Source: Squalus acanthias | Lineage: Eukaryota | Length of the DNA: 64,000 nt | Reading direction: 5' to 3' | Assembly (NCBI GenBank): GCA_030390025.1 | Contig: CM059438.1 | Span: forward strand, 67,582,001 to 67,646,000 | Shown: one piece after another, positions 51,047 through 64,000 of the stretch | Layout: each line of letters begins with the position of its first letter | Position numbering within the stretch: position 1 is the first letter of the stretch | Program-made: the position numbers and the translations under genes | The notes under the pieces: generated by a model | Databases searched by the model: none | What the model was told of the DNA's origin: nothing | Seen by the model: the letters and a program-made list of their open reading frames with translations, nothing else

Positions 51047-51457
51047 GGAAAAAAAGCAGGAAATGGAATAGATTTTAAAGCAAGTTTAGGAGCTGGGAAA
51101 ATGGGTAAGGGGATGAAAGAACAAAAGGGAAGGTCAGTGATAGGATAGAAAGCAGGAGAGATTGAGAGACATTAAGAGATATTCAAGGCAAGAGGAGGTG
51201 GTAATGGGACAGGTTGAGGAACAAAGGATGGCTCTAGATGAAGTGTGAATTGCGCTGGCAGAATGAAGGACAGCTGCCATGTGTTCCTTAACCAGTCCCA
51301 TTACCACCTCCTCTTGCCTTGAATATCTCTTAATGTCTCTTAATCTCTCCTGCTTTCTATCCTATCACCGACCTTCCCTTTTGTTCTTTCATCCCCTCCC
51401 CCTTTTCCCAGCCCCTGAACTTGCTTTAAAATCTATTCCCTTTCCTGCTTTTTTTCC

Positions 51458-51494
51458 AGTTCTGACGAAAGGTCTTCGACCTGAAACGTTGACT
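51458..51494 (+). ncRNA. Minimal type I hammerhead ribozyme motif
   Basis: AGUU-CUGACGA-A-AGGUC uuc GACCU-GAAA-CG-UU-GACU. Confidence 0.78.
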
Positions 51495-52174
51495 CTCTTT
51501 CTCTCTCCACGGATGCTGCCTGGCCTGCTGAGTTTTTCCAGCGTTTTCTGTTGTTATTTCAGATTTCCAGCATCCGCAGTATTTTGCTATATGATTTTAA
51601 AAACTATTGATTCCGATTTGATATTGTTTGAACTGTCACTGCATTGATTATCTTTAATTCACTCCGCGCTCCCATTGTTTTAGATATTTATCGTTTCTAA
51701 CCCGAGCTACAGTTGGAGCGATCTCCGGATTGGCGAGCGGGATGACTGTGGCTTTACTCAGGAGGACTGGAATTGTGCGGATGTCTTTGCTACTGGAATT
51801 CCACCAGACATATTCCCAAAAAGCTTACACAATTTGGGAATTGCATCTATCTGACAATGATTTGATTTGTAAGACATTAATATCATTCTGAGCTTTGTAG
51901 GAATAATAATCTAATCTGTTTCATTGCCACGCTGGTCAAAATAACTCAGCTGGCAGTTCACCATCCTCAGCACACGTCAGTGCTTGAGATGACTTTCCAC
52001 CTACAAGAATTATTGCTTCCAAGCCCATCGATAGCAGAGTGCTTACAGCGTTAAACAACAGAGCACGGAACGAGTGGTTGAGTATTAATCTCGTTGGACT
52101 TCTACAGGATTGCTTTCTACTGCAGAAGTAAACAGTGGGTCATTTTATTCAAACATTTGAATATCTCTTTTCAC

Positions 52175-52387
52175 ACTTATCTGGAACGCACTACCATAAA
52201 GGGTGGTAGGAGTCGATTCAATATTAACTTTTGAAAGGGAACTGGATATATACGTGAAAAGAAAACATTTGCAGAGCTTGTAAGGAAAGAGCAGGTGAGT
52301 GGGACTAATTGGACAGCTCTTTGAAAGAGCCGGCACAATCACGATGGGCTGAATGGCCTCCTTCTGTGCAGTAAGGTTCTACGATTA
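52175..52387 (+). mobile_element. CR1 3' end
   Basis: TGGAACGCACTACC...GATGGGCTGAATGGCCTCCTTCTGTG. Confidence 0.75.
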
Positions 52388-52952
52388 ATGATGTTGGTAA
52401 TCTGTTATACAGCAACTTCCTTCTGGCCCCTTGCTGATCCTGGGGTTTGGCTCTCTGATTGTAGGGGGGTGGGGGGGGGGGGGGTGTAAAGATTACAGTC
52501 AGCAGCTTTGTTCTGAATATTGAAAAAGGTTTAATATGTTGCTCGTTTACTGTTGAAATCCACAGTTTGAAAGTAAAGGACTAGACTATTGTGCAAAGGG
52601 AGCATAATTATCCCTCATTCCAATGCACACAATTATATATCAAATAAGCCAGTTTACTTTGTGAGTTTGGGAATGAAGACTTTGATAATTCATAGCCATT
52701 GAACTGTCAAATATTGGTAGATATAGATTATTAAAATGTAAACTAATTGGCAAACAGGTTCTAATCCCTATCAGAATTGTGTATTTTATGACACTGTAGC
52801 AGCTTCAGAATCTGCACTGGTGTTGTTCCACAATCTTGAATATCTCGGGATCCTAGGATCCAGTTTTGCAGAATTGTGCAATACTGGCAACTTGTCCTTT
52901 AGTTACTTGCAAGATCCTTTTCTAGAAATGCGTGACCGGAATGACGTTTCCA

Positions 52953-53142
52953 TTAGATTACAAAGAGTCTACAGCACAGAAACAGGCCATTCGCTCCAAC
53001 TGGTCCATGCTTTACGTTTATGCTTCACACGAGCCTCCTCCCACCCCTCTTCATCTAAGTCTATCAGCATATCCTTCTATTCCTTTCTCGCTCATGTGTT
53101 TATCTAGCTTTCCCTTAAATGAATCTATGCTATTCGCCTCAA
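52953..53142 (-). mobile_element. CR1 3' end, copy 5-like
   Basis: Similar to 33720-33910. Confidence 0.78.
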
Positions 53143-56100
53143 CTTTAAAATTCAGTTAATTAAATAAATCTGGAATTAAAAAACTAGTATCAGTAATGGT
53201 AACCATGAAACTATTGGATTGTCGCAAAAACCCATCTGGTTCACTAATGTCCTTTAGGGAAGGAAATCTGCCATCTTTACCTGGTCTGGCCTATATGTGA
53301 CTCCAGACCCATAGCATGTGGTTGATTCTTAACTGCCCTCTGAAATGGCCTAGCAAGTCACTCAGTTGTAACAAAGTGCTACAAGAAACAATAATAAGAA
53401 TAAAACCGGACGGACCACCCGGCATCGACCTCGGCATCGGCTACGTACACAGCAACGGCACACCCGGCCCAGTCGACCCTGCAAAGTCCTCCTCACCAAC
53501 ATCTGCGAACTTGTGCCAAAAATGGGAGAGCTGTCCCACAGACTAGTCAAGCAACAGCCTGACATAGTCGTACTCACAGAATCATACCTTTCAGCCAATG
53601 TCCCAATCTCCTCCATCACCATCCCACGGTATGTCCTGTCCCACCGGCAGGACAGACCCACCAGGGGTGGCTGCACAGTGGTATACAGTCGGGAAGGAGT
53701 GGCCCTGGGAGTCCTCAACAACGACTCCGGACCCCATGAAGTCTCATGGCTTCAGGTCATGCATAGGACAAGGAAACCTCCTGCTGATTAACACCTACCA
53801 CCCTCCCTCAGCTGATGAATCAGTACTCCTCCATGTTGAACACCACTTGGAAGAAGCACTGAGAGTAGCAAGGGCACAGGATGTACTCTGGGTGGGGGAC
53901 TTCAATGTCCATCACCAAGAGTGGCTCGGTAGCACCACTACTGACCGAGCTGGCTGAGTTCTGAAGGACATAACTGCCAGTCTGGGCCTGCGTCAGGTGG
54001 TGAGAGAACCAACACGTGGGAAAAACCTACTTGACCTCGTCCTCGCCAATCTACCTGTCACAGATGCATCTGTCCATGATAGCGTTGGTAGCAGTGACCA
54101 CCGCACAATCATTGTGGAGACTAAGTCCCGTCTTCACACTGAGAACGCCCTCCATCGTGTTGTGTGGCACTACCATCGTGCTAAATGAGATAGATTCAGA
54201 ACAGAGCTAGCAGCTCAAAACTAGGCATCCATGAGGCGCTGTGGGCCATCGGCAGCAGCAGAATTGTATTCGACCACAATCTGTAACCTCATGGCCCAGC
54301 ATATCCCTCATTCTACCATTACAACCAAGCCAGGGGACCAACACTGGTTCAATAAGCAGTGTAGAAGAGCATGCCAGGAGCAGCACCAGGCGTACCTAAA
54401 AATGAGATGCCAACCTGGGGAAGCTGCAACACAGGACTAGATGCATGCTAAAAGGCGGAAGCAGCATGCTATAGACAGGGCTAAGCGGTCCCACAATCAA
54501 TGGATCAGATCAAAGCTCTGCAGTCCGGCCACATCCAGTCGTGAATGGTGCTGGACCATTCAACAACTAACGGGAGGAGGAGGCTTCATGAATATCCCCA
54601 TCCTCAATGATGGTGGAGCGCAGCACATGAGTGCAAAGAACAAGGCTGAAGCATTTGCAACCATCTTCAGCCGGAAGTGCCGAGTGGATGATCCATGTTG
54701 GCCTCCTCCTGAGGTCCCCACCATCACAGAAGCCAGTCTTCAGCCAATTCGATTCACTCCACGTGATATCAAGAAACGGCTGAGTGCACTGGATACAGCA
54801 AAGGCTATGGGCCCCGACAACATCCCAGCTATCGTGCTGAAGACTCGTGCTCCAGAACTAGCCGCGCCTCTAGCTAAGCTGTTCCAGTACAGCTACAACA
54901 CTGGCATCTATCCAACAATGTGGAAAACTGCCCAGGTAGTTCCTGTCCACAAAAAGCAGGACAAATCCAATCCAGCCAATTACCGCCCCATCAGTCTACT
55001 CTCAATCATTAGCAAAGTGATGGAAGGTGTCATCGACAGTGCTATCAAGCGGCACTTACTCACCAATAACCTGCTCACTGATGCCCAGTTTGGGTTCCGC
55101 CAAGACCACTCGGCTCTCGACCTCATTACAGCCTCAGTCCAAACATGGACAAAGGTGCTGAATTCCAGAGGTGAGGTGAGAGTGACTGCCCTTGACATCA
55201 AGGCAGCATTTGACCGAGTGTGGCATCAAGGAGCCCTAGTAAAACTGAAGTCAATGGGAATTGGGGGGAAACTGCTCCACTGGCTGGAGTCATACCTAAC
55301 ACAAAGGAAGGTGGTTGAAGGTCAATCATCACAGCCCCAGGACATCGCTGCAGGAGTTCCTCAGGGCAGTGTCCTAGGTCCAACCATCTTCAGCTACTTC
55401 ATCAATGACCTTCCCTCCAAAATAAGGTGAGAAATGAGGATGTTCGCTGATGACTGCACAGTCTTCAGTGCCATTCACAACTCCTCAGATAATGAAGCAG
55501 TTCAAGCCCGCATGCAACAAGACCTGGATGACGTTCAGGCTTGGGCTGATAAATGGCAGGTAACATTCACGCCACAGAAGTGCCAGGCAATGACTATCTC
55601 CAACAAACTAGATTCTAACCACCTCCCCATGACATTCAACGGCATTACCATCGCCAAATCCCCCACCATCAACATCCTGGGGGTCCCCATTGACCAGAAA
55701 CTTAACTGGACCAGCCACATAAATACTGTGGCAACAAGAGCAGGGCAGAGGTTAGGTATTCTGCGGCAAGTGTCTCACCTCTTGACTCCCCAAAGCCTTT
55801 CCACCATCTACAAGGCTCAAATAAGGAGTGTGATGGAACACTCTCAACTTGCCTGGATGAGTGCAGCTCCAACAACACTCAAGAAGTTTGACACCATCCT
55901 GGACAAAACAGCCCGTTTGATTGGCACCCCATCCACCACCTTATATATTCACTCCCTCCACCACCGGCGTAACGTGGCTGCAGTGTGTACCATCTACAAG
56001 ATGCACTGCAGCAACTCGCCAAGGCTTCTTCGGCAGCACCTCCCAAACCCGCGACTTCTTCCACCTAGAAGGACAAGGGCAGCAGGCGCATAGGAACACC

Positions 56101-56211
56101 ACCACCTCCAAGTCACACACCATTCTGACTTTGAAGTATATTGCCAATCCTTCATCGTCACTGGGTCAAAATCCTGGAACTCCCTCCCTAACAGCACTGT
56201 GGGAGTACCTT
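53143..56211 (+). mobile_element. Zenon-like single-ORF LINE, second long copy; lacks the first ~100 nt and the extreme 3' end
   Basis: Same core-to-APE arrangement as the 29.4-29.8 kb copy; ORFs 54441-55430 and 55434-56093 carry RT motifs. Confidence 0.92.
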
Positions 56212-56269
56212 ATATTTTATATATCTTATATTTATGCCCCCTACTTTTGGCCTGCCAAACAAGTGGAAC

Positions 56270-58650
56270 TTCTCTACGTTGACCTTATCAAACGCTTTCA
56301 TAATCTTAAAGAAGTCTATCAGGTCAGCCTTCTCTTTTCTTGAGAAAAGACCCCAGCCTCTTCTGCCTTTCCTGATAACTATATCCTCTCAGTTCTGACA
56401 TCATCTTTGTGAATCTTTTTTACACTTTTTTTACACTAGTGCCTCTATATCCTTTTTATAATATGGAGACCAGAACTGTTCACAGTACTCTAAGTGTGGC
56501 CTAACCAAGGTTAGATACAAGTTTAACATAATTTTTCTTCTCCTTTTCAATCCTATCCCTCTAGAAATGAAGCCCCAGTGCTTGGTTTGCTTTTTTCATA
56601 GCCTTAGAACTGTCACTACTTTTAGTGATGTGTATCTGTACCCCTAGATCCCTTTGCTCCTCTGCCCCATTTAGACTCTTATTATCCAAAGCAGTATGTG
56701 ACCCCTTATTTTCTCCTACCAAAATGTGACACCTCAGACTTATCCATATTGAAATCCATATTGAAATTCATTTGCTAATTACATGCCCATTCTGCAAGTT
56801 TATTAATGTCGTCTTGTATTTTTTCGCAGTCTTTCTCAGTATTTGCTATACTCTCCAATTTGGTGTCATCCGCAAATTTTGAAATTGTACTTCTGATTCC
56901 CGAGTCCAAATCATTTATGTAAATTGTGACCATCAGTGGTCCCAGCACGATTCTTGTGGAATACCACTCCCTACCTTTTCCCAATCTGAGTAACTACCTT
57001 TTAACCCCTACTCGCTGTTTTCTGTTTTGTAGCCAGCTTGCTATCCATTCTGCTACTTGCCCCCTGACTCCACATGCTCTGACCTTAGTCATGATCCTAA
57101 TATATGGTACCTTATCGAACGTATTTTGAAAATCCAAATATATTACATCTACTAGCATAACCCTTGTCTACACTCTCTGTTATTTCTTCAAAGAATTCCA
57201 TAAGGTTGGCCAAGCATGACCTTCCCTTTTGAAATCCTGCTGACTACTCTTTATTATGTTTTTGGTTTCTAGATGGTTTTTCTATTATATCTTTGTGAGT
57301 GAAGATTCTGTTATCTTTCTTGCCACTGACGTTAAGCTAACAGGTCTATAGTTCCCTGGATTTGTCTATCTCCATTTTTAAATATAGGAATAACATTAGC
57401 TGTCCACCAGTCCTCTGGCACTATTCCCTTTTCTAATGAATTTTTATGTATATGTAATAATGCCTCTGCTATCTCTTCCCTAACTTATTTTAATATGCAT
57501 GGATGCAATCCATCTAGACCTGAGGCTTTATCCTCTCTAAGTTTGATTATCTCCCCCCAATCCCCCTTTCTATCTTAAATGTCTCGTTATCTTTTTTGAT
57601 CTCTCCTTCTAATGTCATGCCCACCTTGTTAGTCTCCCTGGGAAATACTGAGGCAAAGTAACTATTCAATATTTCTGCCATTTCGCTGTCATTACCTGTG
57701 AATTTATCTTGTGCATCCTTTAGTGGCCCTATCCCTATCCTAATTTTTCTATTATTTTTGTGTGCATTGAATACATTACTATTTCTTGATTTAATTTTGT
57801 AGTTCCTCTTTGCTTACCTACTTACTTTTTTGACTTCTTTCCTAACCTCTTCGTATTCCCTTTTGTCATCCTCTCCTTGATTGTTGATGTACTTAGTGTG
57901 TGCCTTTTGCTTTAGTTTCACTTCTACCCTTATCTCTTTATACAGCCATGGTGTTTGATTATTGGCTGGTTTGTTCTTGACTTTGGTGGAATATATTTCT
58001 CCTGAGCTCTCTTGATCATTGTTTTACATATTTTCCACTGCTGTTCTGTCGCTTTCTTTGTCAATTTTTCAGTTTACCTGCCCTAGTTCCATTCTCATCC
58101 TGTCAAAATTAGCTTTTTTTCTCCAATCTATTACTTTGGTTTTTGTCTTACTGTCTTTCTCATTCATTATTTTGTTATTATGTTATAATCACTATTGTTC
58201 CCCTATGTTTATCTCTCTTGTCTGCTCTGGTTCATTTCCCATTGCTAGATCCAGCAGTGAATTCCTCTCTTGTTGGGCTTTTTACATACTGGGTAAGAAA
58301 GGATTCTTGAACATACTGTAAAAACTCCATTCCCTTTTCCCCTTTCCCTACCTCCTCTTGCCAGTTTATTTGGGAGTAGTTGAAATCTCCCATGATTATT
58401 CTATGTCTTTTACTCATTTCCTGGATTTGTCTGCATATTTCTTCCTCCCCTTCCACTATTAGGTGCTCTGTAGCATACCCCTATTAATGTGATCGATTCT
58501 GTCTTATCCTTTGACTCAATCCATATAGATTCTGTTTCTTTCTAATGTTAGATATGTCCCTTTTTTTTCGACTGCAATTAGGTTATCTCTAATTAGTACA
58601 GCTACCCCACCCCCTTCTTCCTTCCCTATCCTGTCTAAATATTTTATATT
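56270..58650 (-). mobile_element. CR1 ORF2 region, old and degenerate (copy 5-like)
   Basis: [17 protein letters not shown]; colinear with ~34050-36370. Confidence 0.85.
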
Positions 58651-60864
58651 CTCACCTGATATTTATGATCTCTAACAGCAGTAGACGCCAATCATTCCCT
58701 GTATATCACCAATGTTCTGTTTAAATCATTGAGTGATCAAGCTTTTTGTCTTTGTAAGCCACACAGTTGTATATCATGGCAGTTTGAATTGCAGATACCT
58801 AAAGCTGCTGACATGAATAGGTCTTGGTGCTCTGATTTAGGATCTATGTAACAAAGAGGTAATCGTGCTAGTGCACACCCAGTGCAAACCTCCAAGTCCA
58901 TGCAATCAAAAAGGACAATTGAGCAAGTAAAATTATGTTTAGATTTCCTTGTGCTACAATGCTAGGACTCTCGGAATGCAACTCGCCACAGGACTGTAGT
59001 TTGGGAATTGATGATTTAAATCATGTCCTTTAGGCCTAGTGTGTGACAGGATTGTTAAGTGTTTAGTTAGGAACTCGTCAGTCATGCTTTCATGTCTGAC
59101 ATTGAGTTATAATTATTAAATACAAATATGCAATAGCATTTGGTACAATTTATGAAAGAGTACACTGAAAATGAAGTAGAATATATTTATTCCGTGAGTA
59201 AGCAACAAGTGTATTATGCAAGCTTCCTTCATGAGTGGAATAAACATCAAATTTTGCAATAAAATAGGCAATAGCAAGGCTTTGACACCTTGTTGGGGAA
59301 CAGTCACATGGGTGCTGTGTACTCTCTGGTACCTCAACCAAGTAACAATTGGACAGTAAGGCCTAAGTTTTCTGATTGGATTACTTTTGATGATGCATCC
59401 ATTTTAATGGGTTATCGTCGGCATTACAATTGGAAAACCTAGGACCAAATGTGGTTGTTCAGTTATGGAGGTCATCACAGCTGTACATTATCCCAACATG
59501 CATCACGAGCCAATCATCATGGTTTAACCATAGCTTTTTTTTCCTTCCTTGACCAGGGGTACTAAGACATAATTGTATTCCGACAACTACTCCAGTTGCC
59601 ATCAGGTAGCAGACATGAACCAGGATTATACCTGAATCTTTCCAGTCTGTATCACAGACATGCTCGCTGCCCAAGTCCAATGAAGCATCAAGAATATCCT
59701 ACAATTAGAACAAATGTGTAAATCTTTAGAATAGTGGAGTTAAGGGTGACTTTTTTTTAAATTTACTTAGAAAGTCCAAGAATGTTTTGGGACAGCTGTC
59801 ACTGTGGAGTTTGTGACATCAGCAATTGCATTAGGTCACATAGGGAATGCATTGAAAGGCATCCAAGGTGCTTATTTGGACCAGACCTGGTGGATTGTTT
59901 GACTGTGTTAATGTTGAGGTGTTTGTTGTGTAAGCTTCATTGTGGCATAAGCTGTTATCAGTTATTTGTGAGTCAATTACTTGTGCGCGAAGGTACATGA
60001 GATAGTTGCCATGGTTACACTTGTACTTGATGGTGACTGAACACACGGCTGTGAGATAACTGCCATGTAAACACATGCTGCTCTTGATTGCCTACACTGT
60101 ACAAATGTTTTACTCGTTTGGTTTAGAATTTTCATTCTGGACCAAGTTGCAAGCAAGTTTCAACTTTGAATTACCTGGCAACAGATTTGGACATTGCCTA
60201 AATTCCACAATCAGATGGTGTCATCAGGCCTGTTAATATTTGATCACTAAGATTCAAACTTTGTTGTGGACAAGACTTTTATAACCTGTTCGAGGAAGAT
60301 CAACAAATGCCATTTGAGGCTTCAATTTATGATGTTGCATTCATTCATTTTTCCACAGATGCACAATGTTAGGATCCTTGCCAATATCATTCTAGTCCTA
60401 ACATAGATTCACTGTTGACTAAAATATTAATAAGCTACTTGGCGAGCACAAAGTTCACTTGTGTCGACCAGGCCATGTCAGTTACTAAATTTGAGTGTTA
60501 ATGGTCACATTTCAAGCCTTGTTGAGTCTAAATTTGATCTTTCGCTGTAAACGTTCAAAGATATTGTTACTGTTGTGGAATCACAGGTACATAGTAAGTA
60601 GTATCTCCCTGCTTCCACCATTGACCATCTTTGGTTAATCCAGAACATTGGTGCCCATGTCGTTTCTTGCACACCTTAGCCTTACCTTTGCCAGCTTGTT
60701 TGCCTGCCTGTGGCCTTGTGAATTGGCTTCCAAGTTCCTTTTAATAAAATCCTTCAATGTTTGTACTCCTATCATATCTAACTTTTCTTCCCCAGACATG
60801 TGTCCCAACTAGCACCCTTCTCTCCTCTGACTCCAGATTACTACTCCATCCATTTACCATCAGA

Positions 60865-61207
60865 AGAGGTTATGTGGTTATGTTACTGGACTAGCAATCC
60901 AGAGAGCATGAGTTCTAATCCCACCATGACCAGTTTGAGAATTTGAATTCAGTTTTTCCAAAAATATAGAGAGATTTAAAAATATATATATATTGTATTA
61001 GTAAAAGTGACCACAAAGCTTTTGGATTGTCGTAAAAACAGGTTCATTAATGTCCTTTTAGGGAAGAAAAACTGCCTGGCCTATACCAATGCGATTGACT
61101 CTTATCTGCCCTCTGAAGTGGCCTAGCAAGCCACTCAATTGTATCAACCTGCTCGGGATGGACAATAAATGCGATGCCCAAATCCCAAAAATGAATTTAA
61201 AAAAAAA
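60865..61207 (+). mobile_element. tRNA-derived SINE sharing head, core and tail with the Zenon-like LINE
   Basis: CTGGA-CTAGCAA-TCCAG arm, B box GTTCTAATC, GGTTCATTAATGTCC..AGGGAAG core, GGATGGACAATAAATGC tail, A-run. Confidence 0.82.
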
Positions 61208-62669
61208 TACTGCTTTTTTTTGTGTCCAAAGTTGACTTTGCATTGTTTTGTTGTTCCTACCTTAAAATAAACCTTAAAATCCTTCTCATTGCTTCTCCCC
61301 TCCCCACACCTCTGAATTACATTCTTTTCTCGCTCAGTGACCACCTCTTTACGTTGTTCTTTTGTACAATAAGTGTGGTAGAAATGCAAGCAGCTGTAGT
61401 ACGTCTGCTTTGACTACTCCGTATTATGAAATGTAGACCAGAAATAAGTGCACAATGTTAGTCTCTTGTGTTTATCCTGTGGAGAAATCATATTAATTTT
61501 TACAAGTCAGAGTTGAGTTATGAACTCTTGATCGACACCTGATAATCCCTAGGGCATTTGATTAGTTGGAGTTTTAACCCTTTCTAATTCATTGGTAAGT
61601 TAATATCTAGAACATTGTATGGGAATTTGGCCACATTTGAAAGGACATTGATGTATTAGATCAAGGAGTGTGCTTTGAAGACAGTGCTGCTGCGATTCAA
61701 AGTGCCAAGTCAAAATAGGTCGAGGACATTGGAATTGTTTTCATAGGAGACAAGACAATTAAAAGAGGATAAGATCCAGGTCTTAGTAAATCTAAAAACA
61801 GCAGAAAACTTGCAATTGTATCACATGGTAAAAGGCCACAAGTACTGAACTGGCAAGACTGGAGATGAGAAGACTTTCTCTCTTCCCCGCTGTTTCTCCA
61901 ACTCCCACACCCCCTCCCCTGCTCAAGTGGTATAGATGTTAATTTACTATATTAATTTTCTCCTTTTTAAGAGGAAACAGAATAAATATATTGGTGAGTA
62001 TAACCATGCCCCCATGTGTAAAACATACCCGTTCCCCCCTCCCTCACACTTTTGGCTGTTAACATTTTTTAAATATTATTTGCCCAAAAGTTCTGACTTG
62101 AATGTGATTGTTCAATGTTCTAAAAAAGAAAAAGGATTTGTGTTGGAGAAAGGTTACTAGTGTGGATGAGTGAATGGCAGACAGCTAGAAGGCATTGGGT
62201 TCAGCATGACCAAGGCCAGAGTTTAAGCTACATCTCTGGCTAAAAGGAAGGGCCTGTTGAAAAAGGCACCCAGGCTTGACGGGAATGGCCATCTAAATTA
62301 ACACCTCCCATACCAGGCGATTGAAGTTTTCAGACAGGGGCATATGGTGATGGTTGAGATGTATGGCAGACAATATTCACGCATTTTGCCCCACCCCCGC
62401 TCCCCGGCATTCTTTTAATAACCTTGACCAAAACTGAAGAGAACAGCATAGTTGGAACAAAATCAGCTGCTGTGCGATGTTGTGTAGCCGCATTGAGTTG
62501 ACACCACATGAAACACCAACAATGCATCCCAACAAGAGAGAAGGGTGCTGAAAAAATAAGCTGCAGCTTGTAAAAGTTAGAATAATTCAGGGCAATTAGA
62601 GATATTCAAAATAGAAATCATTATGGAAACAATCAAGCACTGGGTGCAAGAAAACTAGGCGACACTGTT

Positions 62670-63190
62670 GAACATAAGAACATAAGAAATAGGAGCAGGA
62701 ATAGGCCACTCGGCCCCTCGAGCCTGCTCCGCCATTCAATAAGATCATGGCTGATCTTGGGCTCAAAGCCACTTCCCCGCCCGCTCCCCATAACCCTTCA
62801 CTCCCTTATCTTGCAAAAATCTGTCTATCTCCACCTTAAATGTATTTAATGACCCAGCCTCCACAGCTCTCTGGGGCAGAGAATTCCACAGATTTATGAC
62901 CCTCTGAGAGAAGAAATTTCTCCTCATCTCAGTTCTAAAAGGGCGACCCTTTATTCTGAAACTGTGCCCCTGAGTTCTAGATTTCCCCACGGGGGGAAAA
63001 CATCCTCTCTGCATCTACCTTGTCGTGCCCCCTCAGTATCTTATATGTTTCAGTAACATCACCTCTCATTCTGCTAAATTCGAATGAGTATCGGCCCAAC
63101 CTGCTCAACCTTTCCTCATAAGTCAACCCCCTCATCTCAGAAATCAACCGAGTAAATCGTCTCTGAACTGCCTCCAATGCAAGTATATAT
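62670..63190 (-). mobile_element. CR1 3' fragment
   Basis: AVQRRFTRLI...RRNFFSQRVINLWNSLP; (TTCTTATG)n tail. Confidence 0.92.
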
Positions 63191-64000
63191 GCAATACACA
63201 TCTAATCTACTAAATACATATTTAAAAAGTCCCCCCCTCTCGAATAAGTATTAAAAATGTTGAAACAATAAATGCCAGTAAATACCACTTGTATTGATAA
63301 CTTTCTTGTTTTCACACCATGCTTTTAATACACATTGCACTTGTTAAGTTGGTTGACGATACACATTGAAAGCTTGACCTCATTCATGTCTATATTACTG
63401 CATTCCTCTATTCATGGAAGGAAAGAAAATGAGGACATTTTAAAACCGAAAACTGCAGCCAGTCAAAGCGGGTGTAATTATTTTGTTTGATTTGTTTGAT
63501 GACATTTTCTATAATGTAAAATGGCACGGCGGCTGATCGTTCAAGAAGAGCTGTTAGGGCCTTTGCTGAATGCATTTTCTTAATAGATGTGCTTAAACTG
63601 TTTTCAGTCGTGGCCTGGAAAATTTTGAGTGCAAGCCATCTGCTGTTTTGATGTTGATTGCCTGTGTAGCTCTCTTTGCCAATGTCAAATTAGTTGCCCT
63701 CCATTTGCAGTTTTCTCAGGAAGATGGCTCTGAAACGGTCCTTAAGGAATACCTGTGTAAATATTTTACTTCACAATGATTCAAAGCATCAATCCCCACC
63801 AAAGAAATATGTCAATATTTAGCGCATTTAAACTTTAACCGGTCTAATTAGTAATTCCAAGGATAGTTGCATCTCTGCACCTTGCTGTTTTGAAGCTTTG
63901 CGAGCCTGGTGATTGGCTTCAAAAGCTATGCAGCTAGACAGACCAAGACTGAGTTCCATGAAATGCTGTATACTTCAAAGTCTTGTATTCAAGTCTGTAA

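Larger units (their letters stand above)
50952..51590. mobile_element. Penelope-like fold-back element with longer arms and two hammerhead motifs
   Basis: Arms ~50952-51220 and ~51290-51552 plus a 3' extension; TSD ATGATTTTAAAAAC at 50941-54 and 51591-604. Confidence 0.88.

Noticed and set aside
59300..60800. Possible decayed retroelement coding sequence
   Set aside because: No diagnostic motif recovered in any frame.
63711..63756. Possible micro-exon (ttgcag|FSQEDGSETVLKEYL|gtaaat)
   Set aside because: Weak donor, no recognisable homology, no partner exons.

Overview
Repeat-dense vertebrate non-coding DNA, most likely from a cartilaginous fish (inferred from the repeat repertoire). I could not support any host gene. 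Contents: a 2.2-kb G/C-skewed minisatellite; three long CR1 LINEs with a Zn-finger + SGNH-esterase ORF1 and APE+RT ORF2, plus many CR1 fragments; a second, single-ORF CR1-group (Zenon-like) LINE family and a SINE sharing both of its ends; L2 and RTE fragments; PIF/Harbinger-type MITEs; and Penelope-like fold-back elements. Main leads: (1) the single-ORF LINE starts with a tRNA-derived A/B-box head and has no TTTT run on its sense strand for over 3 kb, suggesting a Pol III-transcribed, protein-coding retrotransposon whose ORF-less derivative is a SINE; (2) three divergent CR1s end ORF1 in a U_UUA_AAC heptamer whose -1 frame opens into ORF2; (3) the Penelope-like fold-backs have ~14-bp TSDs and carry minimal hammerhead ribozyme motifs on both arms. 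Family names come from motif recognition, not database searches, and most element boundaries are approximate.
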